This document shows, piece after piece, positions 58,203-64,000 of a DNA stretch of 64,000 bases (within the stretch, counting starts at the first letter, position 1; each line of letters starts with the position of its first letter). The DNA is taken from positions 2,784,001-2,848,000 of the forward strand of contig CAVYRF010000002.1 of assembly GCA_963770895.1 (NCBI GenBank), written 5' to 3'. The notes below the pieces were generated by a model. It did no database searches, was not told the origin of the DNA, and saw only the letters and a list, made by a program, of their open reading frames with translations. This DNA comes from an uncultured Acidobacteriota bacterium. GTDB lineage: Bacteria > Acidobacteriota > Thermoanaerobaculia > Multivoradales > UBA5704. The position numbers and the translations under genes are program-made.

Positions 58203-59255
58203 ATGGGAGACACGAACGTGCGCAGGGCTTGCCTGCTTGTGCGAGGTGTGTGCGGTTGGCTGGTTGGAGTGGTCGGGTTGCTGGTGCTGGTGGGGTTGAG
58301 CAGCTCGGCGACCAGGTTGGAAGCGGCGCAGACGGGAGAGATCCGCGACTGCGCGCGGCTGTACGAAGGACGGACCTACGACGATGCGCGGCTGTGTTTT
58401 ACGGGCTACATCGCCGCGCATCCCAGCGACGCGGCGGCGGCGGCCAATCTGGGGCGCACCTACCTGGCGCAGCGCCAGGTGCCGCTGGCGCTCGACTGGC
58501 TGAAAAAGGCGGTGGCGCTGGACCCGCAGCGCTCGGACTATCACGACTGGCTGGGCCAGGCCTACGGCATTGCGGCCGAGCGCGGACCGGTCGTGCGGCA
58601 GTTCGGCCTGGCGGTCAAGGTGCGGCGGGAGTTCGAGCGCGCGGTGGCGCTGGATCCCGAAAACCTGGACGCCCGTGAAGACCTGATTCAGTTCCTCATC
58701 CAGGCGCCGACGTTCATCGGCGGCAGCTTCGAGCAGGCGCGCGCCCAGGCCGCGGAGCTGGCGCGCCGCGACCCGCTGCGCGGGCGCCTGGCCCGCGCCG
58801 AGATCGCCATGCGCCAGCTGCCGCCGCCGGCGGCGGAGCGCGAGGTGCAGGCGATGGCGGCGGACTTTCCCGGCGACGCGCGGCCGCGGCTGACCCTGGC
58901 CGACCTGTACGCCAAGACCGGCCGCGCCGACCAGGCGTTCGACGCCCTGGAGGCGGCGCTACGCATCGAGCCGATGAACGCCGACGCCCACTTTGCCTTC
59001 GCCCGCCTGGCCACTGCCTCGGGGCAGCGTCTGGACCGCGCCCAGGAGCTGCTGGGCGCCTACCTGGCGCACCTGCCGGCCGGCGACTGCGCCGATGAGG
59101 CCGACGCCCACTTCGAGCTGGCCAACCTGCTGCGCCGCAAGGGCGAGGTCGGCCGCGCCCGCGAGCAGCTGCAGGCCACGCTGCGCCTGGACCCCGGCCA
59201 GGGCGCCGCCCGCGAAGCCCTGCGCCGCCTGGACCGCACCGCCCCCGCACCGTAG
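58203..59255 (+). CDS. Secreted tetratricopeptide-repeat protein
   Basis: Signal-like N-terminus; TPR units 'KKAVALDP..SDYHDWLGQAY', 'FERAVALDP', 'ADAHFELA'. Confidence 0.88.
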   Translation: MGDTNVRRACLLVRGVCGWLVGVVGLLVLVGLSSSATRLEAAQTGEIRDCARLYEGRTYDDARLCFTGYIAAHPSDAAAAANLGRTYLAQRQVPLALDWLKKAVALDPQRSDYHDWLGQAYGIAAERGPVVRQFGLAVKVRREFERAVALDPENLDAREDLIQFLIQAPTFIGGSFEQARAQAAELARRDPLRGRLARAEIAMRQLPPPAAEREVQAMAADFPGDARPRLTLADLYAKTGRADQAFDALEAALRIEPMNADAHFAFARLATASGQRLDRAQELLGAYLAHLPAGDCADEADAHFELANLLRRKGEVGRAREQLQATLRLDPGQGAAREALRRLDRTAPAP

Positions 59256-59256
59256 T

Positions 59257-59300
59257 AACCGCCGGCCCGCCCGCCCTCAAGGGTGGCGGGCGCGGCGGTT
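59257..59300. terminator. GC-rich hairpin between the convergent TPR gene and the small peptide gene
   Basis: Stems AACCGCCG/CGGCGGTT, GCCCGCC/GGCGGGC and CCC/GGG around a TCAA loop; no long U-tract. Confidence 0.45.
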
Positions 59301-59323
59301 GACGTCAGCGTTTGCGCCTACAG

Positions 59324-59482
59324 CTAGGGCATCACATCTCTGCCGCAGGGCTCGCCCGACTTCTTGCAGTCGGGGAGCGTGGATCCGGTGAGGCCACCGG
59401 CAGCATGGCGCAGCTCGGCGCTCAGCAGAAGCAGCGTTTCCCGGCCAACCGTAAGGCGCTTGCAATTGCGGTTCGTACGCAT
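59324..59482 (-). CDS. 52-aa putative RiPP (lanthipeptide-like) precursor with a double-glycine leader
   Basis: Translated by hand: MRTNRNCKRLTVGRETLLLLSAELRHAAGG-LTGSTLPDCKKSGEPCGRDVMP*. RBS AAAGGTGG just upstream of the ATG. Absent from the ORF track (under 60 aa). Confidence 0.72.
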   Translation of the reverse strand: MRTNRNCKRLTVGRETLLLLSAELRHAAGGLTGSTLPDCKKSGEPCGRDVMP

Positions 59483-59720
59483 GGGTCCACCTTTCTCGCG
59501 GAGCGGGCATTGCCCGCGTTGCCGCGAGTATGCTTGTTCAATGCAGCCCTTGCTATAGGTCGCGCTGGTATCGCGGGGCCTGTGTGCCGATGATCAGGGC
59601 CGGTTCCTCGACGCGCTTTGAAAGACCCGAAAGGAGCGTGGGCAACCCTCTGCGCCGGGCCGCTTTCTGAGGGGCGGCGATTTCGGGTATGTTTACCGCC
59701 CTTGCGAGGGCGTGGCGCCT

Positions 59721-62700
59721 ATGTATAGTCCGATCCCCAAGATCCCTGACTTTCCGGCCATCGAGCGGTCGGTGCTGCGCTTCTGGGAAGAGCGCCAGAT
59801 CTGGCGCCAGCTGCGCGCGCGCAACGCCGGCGGCCGGCGCTGGTCGTTCCTGGACGGGCCGATCACCGCCAACAACCCGATGGGGGTCCACCACGCCTGG
59901 GGGCGCGCCTACAAGGACATGTTCCAGCGCTACCACGCGATGATGGGCTGCGATCAGCGGTACCAGAATGGTTTCGATTGCCAGGGGCTGTGGGTCGAAG
60001 TGGAAGTGGAAAAGGCGCTGGCCATCAGCGACCGGCGCCAGATCCTGCAGTACGGGATCGATCACTTTGTGCGCCGTTGCAAGGAGCGCGTGCTGACCTA
60101 TGCGGCGCGCCAGACCGAGCAGTCGATCCGTCTGGGCCACTGGTGCGATTGGGACGATCCGCGGACGCTGCGCGCGCTGTCCGAAGCGCTTGCCGACGGC
60201 CGCGAAGAGGTGACCGTGACGGTGCCCTCGGGCGAGCAGGTCACCGGTTCCCCCGAGCAGATCGTGGCGCGGCTGGGGTCGCCCGAATGGGGGGGCAGCT
60301 ACTTCACGCTGTCCGACGACAACAACTACACCATCTGGTCGTTCCTCAAGCGCTGCCACCAGGAGGGTTTCCTGTATCGCGGCACCGACGTGATGCCCTG
60401 GTGCGCGCGCTGCGGCACCGGCCTGTCGCAGATGGAGGTGGCCGAGGGGCGGCGGATCACCAGCCATGCCTCGGCGTTCGTGCGCTTCCCGCTGCGCGGC
60501 CGCGAGCGCGAGGCGCTGCTGGTGTGGACCACCACCCCCTGGACGCTGCCCGCCAACGTGGCGGTGGCGGTGAACCCAGAAATGACCTACCTCAAGGTGC
60601 GGCACGGCGACTGGGTGCTCTACCTGGGCAAGGACAACCTGGGGCGCGAGCGCCTGCAGCAGCTGGAGGCCGGCGGCCTGCGCGAATCGCACAAGCTGCA
60701 TTCGCTCAAGACGCTGCTCGAAGGCTCCGGCACCGTCGAGGTGCTGGGCGAGCTGCTGGGCGCGGACCTGGTGGGGCTGACCTACGACGGACCTTTTGAC
60801 GCGCTGCCGGCGCAGCAGCAGCCGGGTGGCCTCAACGCCTACGGTGCCGGTCCCGCCGAAGCGACCGCCGCCGCCAGCCATCGGGTGATCCCCTGGGGCG
60901 AGGTGAGCGGCGCCGAAGGCACCGGCCTGGTGCACATCGCGCCCGGCTGCGGCGCCGAGGACGCGGGGCTCGGCCGCGAGCACGATCTGCCGGTGATCGC
61001 GCCGCTTGCCGCCGACGGCACCTACCTGGAAGGGTTCGGCGACCTGTCGGGGCGGCCGGTGGCCGAGGTCGCCCCCGACATCCTCAAGGACCTCAAGGGG
61101 CGCGGCCTGCTGCTCGCCCGCGAAAGCTACCCGCACGTCTACCCGCACTGCTGGCGCTGCAAGCAGGAGCTGGTGTTCCGCCTGGTGGACGAGTGGTTCA
61201 TCGACATGTCGTGGCGCGACCGCATCCAGAAGGTGGTCGCCGGCGTGACCTGGATCCCGGCCGAGGGCGAGGCGCGCGAGCAGGACTGGCTGCGCAACAT
61301 GGGCGATTGGATGATCTCCAAGAAGCGCTTCTGGGGGCTCGCCCTGCCGATCTGGGTGTGCGGCGACTGCCAGGGCTTCGCCGTCGTCGGCAGCCGCGAA
61401 GAGCTGCGCAGCCTGGCGGTCGAGGGTTGGGAGGAGTTCGACGGCCACACCCCGCACCGCCCCTTCGTCGATCGCGTCAAGATCCGCTGCAGCGCCTGTG
61501 GCGGCGTCGCCAGCCGCGTCGAGGACGTCGGCAATCCCTGGCTGGACGCCGGCATCGTGCCGTTCAGCACCCTGCGCTACGACTCGGACCGCGAGTATTG
61601 GGCGCAGTGGTTCCCGGCGGATTTCATCGTCGAAAGCTTCCCCGGCCAGTTCCGCAACTGGTTCTACGCGCTGCTCGCGATGAGCACGATGATGGACGGC
61701 CGGTCGCCGTTCAAGGCCATGCTGGGCTATGCCTCGGTGCTGGACGCGCGCGGCCAGGAGATGCACAAGTCGGCTGGCAACGCGATCCTGTTCGACGACG
61801 CCGCCGAGGTGATCGGCGCCGAGCCGCTGCGCTATATGTATGCCGCCAAAAACCCGGTGCAGAACCTGTTCTTCCCCGACCTGGAAGACCGCGGCGACGC
61901 CGGCTCGCGGACGCTGGTCGAAGTGCGGCGGCGACTGCTGACGCTGTGGAACTGCTACAGCTTCTTTGTCACCTACGCCATGGTGGACGGATGGACGCCG
62001 GCGACCGCCGCCGCGGCTCCGCCCGCCGAGCTGGACCGCTGGATCCTGAGCCGCCTGCAGCGGCTGACCGCCGCGGCGCACCAGGCGTTCGGCGAGCTGG
62101 CGCTGTATCGCTTCATGGCGCAGGTCGAGCAGTTCGGCGACGAGCTGTCCAACTGGTACCTGCGGCGGTCGCGCCGCCGCTTCTGGGGGGCGGGCGTCGA
62201 CGCCGACAAGCAGGCCGCCTACCAGACCCTGTACGAAGTGCTGGTCACGCTGGTGCGGTTGCTGGCGCCGATCGTGCCCTTCCTGAGCGAGGAGATCTAT
62301 CGCAACCTGGTGGTGGCGGTGGCCGCGCCCGGCGCGGAGACTGCCGAATCGGTGCACCTGACCGCCTATCCGCAGGTGGACGCGGCGCGCATCGACCAGG
62401 AGCTGGAGCGCAAGTTCGACTGCGTGATCCGCGTGCGCGACCTGGCCCTGGCGTTGCGCGGCGAAGCCAAGGTCAAGGTGCGCCAGCCGCTCGGCCAGCT
62501 CATCGTGCGGCCGCGCGACGCCGCCGACCGCGCGGCGCTGGGCGAGGCCGGCCTGGTGCAGCAGATCCTGGACGAATGCAACATCAAGGGGCTGCAGCTG
62601 ATCGACGACGAGGCGACGCTGGTGAGCAGCAGCGTGCGGCCCAACTTCAAGGCGCTGGGTCCGCGCTACGGCCGCCAGATGAAGAAGATCGCGGAGGCAT

Positions 62701-63200
62701 TGTTGAAGGTCGACGCGCGCACGCTGGAAGAGGCGTTCGCGCGGGAGGGGCGCTATCGCTTCAGCCTGGAGGGTGCGGGGGACGGCGGCGCAGCCGAAGG
62801 CGACGTCGCGGGGGGGGCGGCGCCAGCCGTCGAGGTGCTGCCCGAGGACGTCGAGCTGGTGCGGTCCGGCCCCGCGCACCTGGTCTTCGCCTTCGACCAG
62901 GGGACCTTTGCCGCCCTGGACGTCACCGTGACCCCCGAGCTGGAGCGCGAGGGGATCGCGCGCGACTTCAACCGCCACGGCCAGGAGCAGCGCAAGGCGC
63001 TCGACCTGGACGTCGCCGACCGGGTGGTGGTGCGCTTTGCCGCCAGCGACCGGGTGCGCACCGCCGTCGCCGAGCACGAAGCCTATCTGCGCGACGAGCT
63101 GCTGGCCGACCGCATCGAAGCCGTCGCCACCCTGGAGGGTGGGGCGGCGGCCAAAATCGCCGGCGAAGCGGTGCTGCTGTCCATCCGCAAGAGCGCCTGA
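59721..63200 (+). CDS. ileS: Isoleucine-tRNA ligase, type 2 (IleRS2), with non-canonical GVHH and EMHKS motifs
   Basis: 'FLDGPITAN', 'GFDCQGL', 'WTTTPWTLPAN', 'GTGLVHIAP', 'YPHCWR', 'DWMISKKRFWG', 'LSNWYLRRSRRRFW'; IleRS2-type C-terminal tail 'PNFKALGPRYG', 'EGIARD'. Alternative GTG start at 59712. Confidence 0.93.
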   Translation: MYSPIPKIPDFPAIERSVLRFWEERQIWRQLRARNAGGRRWSFLDGPITANNPMGVHHAWGRAYKDMFQRYHAMMGCDQRYQNGFDCQGLWVEVEVEKALAISDRRQILQYGIDHFVRRCKERVLTYAARQTEQSIRLGHWCDWDDPRTLRALSEALADGREEVTVTVPSGEQVTGSPEQIVARLGSPEWGGSYFTLSDDNNYTIWSFLKRCHQEGFLYRGTDVMPWCARCGTGLSQMEVAEGRRITSHASAFVRFPLRGREREALLVWTTTPWTLPANVAVAVNPEMTYLKVRHGDWVLYLGKDNLGRERLQQLEAGGLRESHKLHSLKTLLEGSGTVEVLGELLGADLVGLTYDGPFDALPAQQQPGGLNAYGAGPAEATAAASHRVIPWGEVSGAEGTGLVHIAPGCGAEDAGLGREHDLPVIAPLAADGTYLEGFGDLSGRPVAEVAPDILKDLKGRGLLLARESYPHVYPHCWRCKQELVFRLVDEWFIDMSWRDRIQKVVAGVTWIPAEGEAREQDWLRNMGDWMISKKRFWGLALPIWVCGDCQGFAVVGSREELRSLAVEGWEEFDGHTPHRPFVDRVKIRCSACGGVASRVEDVGNPWLDAGIVPFSTLRYDSDREYWAQWFPADFIVESFPGQFRNWFYALLAMSTMMDGRSPFKAMLGYASVLDARGQEMHKSAGNAILFDDAAEVIGAEPLRYMYAAKNPVQNLFFPDLEDRGDAGSRTLVEVRRRLLTLWNCYSFFVTYAMVDGWTPATAAAAPPAELDRWILSRLQRLTAAAHQAFGELALYRFMAQVEQFGDELSNWYLRRSRRRFWGAGVDADKQAAYQTLYEVLVTLVRLLAPIVPFLSEEIYRNLVVAVAAPGAETAESVHLTAYPQVDAARIDQELERKFDCVIRVRDLALALRGEAKVKVRQPLGQLIVRPRDAADRAALGEAGLVQQILDECNIKGLQLIDDEATLVSSSVRPNFKALGPRYGRQMKKIAEALLKVDARTLEEAFAREGRYRFSLEGAGDGGAAEGDVAGGAAPAVEVLPEDVELVRSGPAHLVFAFDQGTFAALDVTVTPELEREGIARDFNRHGQEQRKALDLDVADRVVVRFAASDRVRTAVAEHEAYLRDELLADRIEAVATLEGGAAAKIAGEAVLLSIRKSA

Positions 63201-63252
63201 GCCGCCAGGCGGCGCGCTGTCGCCCTGGCGCCCTGCCGGTCCGCTCAGCTGT

Positions 63253-64000
63253 TCAGGAACAGGGCAGGGCGCTGGTGTCCTGAATGGGCGCCGCCGCCAC
63301 GCCGTCGGTGTTCTTGTAGGTGACGGTCTTGTTGTCCGAAGTGTCGGTGACCGTGACCGTGAAGCCGACGTTGGTGGTCGCGGCGTAGAACACCCAATAT
63401 TTGTTGTCGACCGCGCAGCCGTCGATCACCTTGATCAGCATTTCGGGGTTGGTGGCGCCGAAGAACCAGAACAGGCCGCCTTGCGAGACGCCCAGGTTCT
63501 GCAATGCGATGGCCTGCCCCGACCCCGACAGGCCGCCGCCCTGGGCGGTCTTGTAGGTCGATTTGAGCAGGAAGCGGCCATTGATGCAGAGCGCGGTGCT
63601 GGTGGTGGCGCAGCCGGCGCGCTCGCCGGGAGTGCCGGCGGCGTCCGCGGTGGTAGCGGCGCTTGCGGCGGACTGCGGCGGCGCCATGGCGGCCGGCAAG
63701 ATGGCTGCGGCCGCGGCGGCCCCGGTCACCGTGGCAGTGGCGTCGTCGGCATCGGCGCTTGCGCCGGCGGGAGCGACGTCGCTGCCGGTGGTGCAGCTGA
63801 AGGCCGCGGTGTCCTGCACCGGCGGCGCCGCGGTCAGGTCGGCGTTGGTGTACTGCCTGGAGCGCTCCAGCTTGGTATCGGTCACCGTGACGGTGAAGCC
63901 GACGTTGGTGGTGGCGGCGTAGAACACCCAGAAGCTCTGGTTGACGCCGCAGCCGTTGAGCACCTTGATCAGCATTTCGGGATTGTCGGCGCCGAAGAAC
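63253..64000 (-). CDS. C-terminal part of a protein with at least two copies of a Cys-containing repeat domain (5' end outside the window)
   Basis: Two copies of 'FFG..NPEMLIKV..GC.V...WVFYAATTNVGFTVTVTDT...Y.N.D..AA.P.QDT.A..C'; the frame is open to the window edge. Confidence 0.85.
   Translation of the reverse strand, partial: FFGADNPEMLIKVLNGCGVNQSFWVFYAATTNVGFTVTVTDTKLERSRQYTNADLTAAPPVQDTAAFSCTTGSDVAPAGASADADDATATVTGAAAAAAILPAAMAPPQSAASAATTADAAGTPGERAGCATTSTALCINGRFLLKSTYKTAQGGGLSGSGQAIALQNLGVSQGGLFWFFGATNPEMLIKVIDGCAVDNKYWVFYAATTNVGFTVTVTDTSDNKTVTYKNTDGVAAAPIQDTSALPCS

Noticed and set aside
54704-59255. CPBP protease and TPR protein as immunity/maturation partners of the peptide precursor
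   Set aside because: They are on the opposite strand in an unrelated-looking operon; only proximity supports the link.
59380-59575. ileS leader as a T-box riboswitch (GGATCCGGTG..CACCGG hairpin; GCTGGTATCGCG resembles the T-box sequence)
   Set aside because: There is no Ile specifier (AUC) in the loop, the T-box consensus is mismatched and I found no antiterminator partner. The region is better explained by the minus-strand peptide gene.
59553-63077. 1174-aa minus-strand ORF and other long antisense ORFs (for example 26721..29213, 35833..38217)
   Set aside because: Shadow ORFs opposite well-supported genes, with no motifs.

Overview
A very GC-rich (roughly 70%, by eye) bacterial chromosome segment. 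It is most consistent with Acidobacteriota class Thermoanaerobaculia, inferred from the repeated 'WFF..NPEMLIKV.DGC..N..YWVF' domain at the right edge, DUF4388 and YXWGXW proteins, and the gene order. About 49 CDSs are supported. Housekeeping genes: a split lysine/DAP cluster (M20, asd ... lysC, dapB, dapA, dapD), fabI, manC, trmB, a biotin operon (bioB, bioF, fused bioD-bioA), glgX, glpD, glpX, dcd, an acyl-CoA dehydrogenase, a polyprenyl synthase and ileS. Signalling: RsbU/RsbW/STAS partner-switch genes and a 7TM sensor with no output domain. There is also an orphan dnaE2 and a small accessory islet at about 41-45 kb (nucleotidyltransferase toxin-antitoxin-like pair, TipA-like MerR with a textbook 19-bp-spacer promoter, TauD-like oxygenase, catalase-fold protein). 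The strongest hidden signal is a 52-aa ORF on the minus strand (59324-59482), below the ORF-track cutoff. It looks like a lanthipeptide/RiPP precursor (KRLTVGRETL...AAGG leader, core with two S/T-x3-C motifs), with its own RBS and hairpins and no modifying enzymes in the window. Other notable signals: IleRS2 carries a non-canonical GVHH/EMHKS signature, a perfect 14-bp inverted repeat covers the dnaE2 start codon, and there are in-frame tandem repeats in dnaE2 and bioF. I recognised no rRNA, tRNA, CRISPR array, transposase or integrase. All functional calls come from reading motifs by eye; no database search was run.
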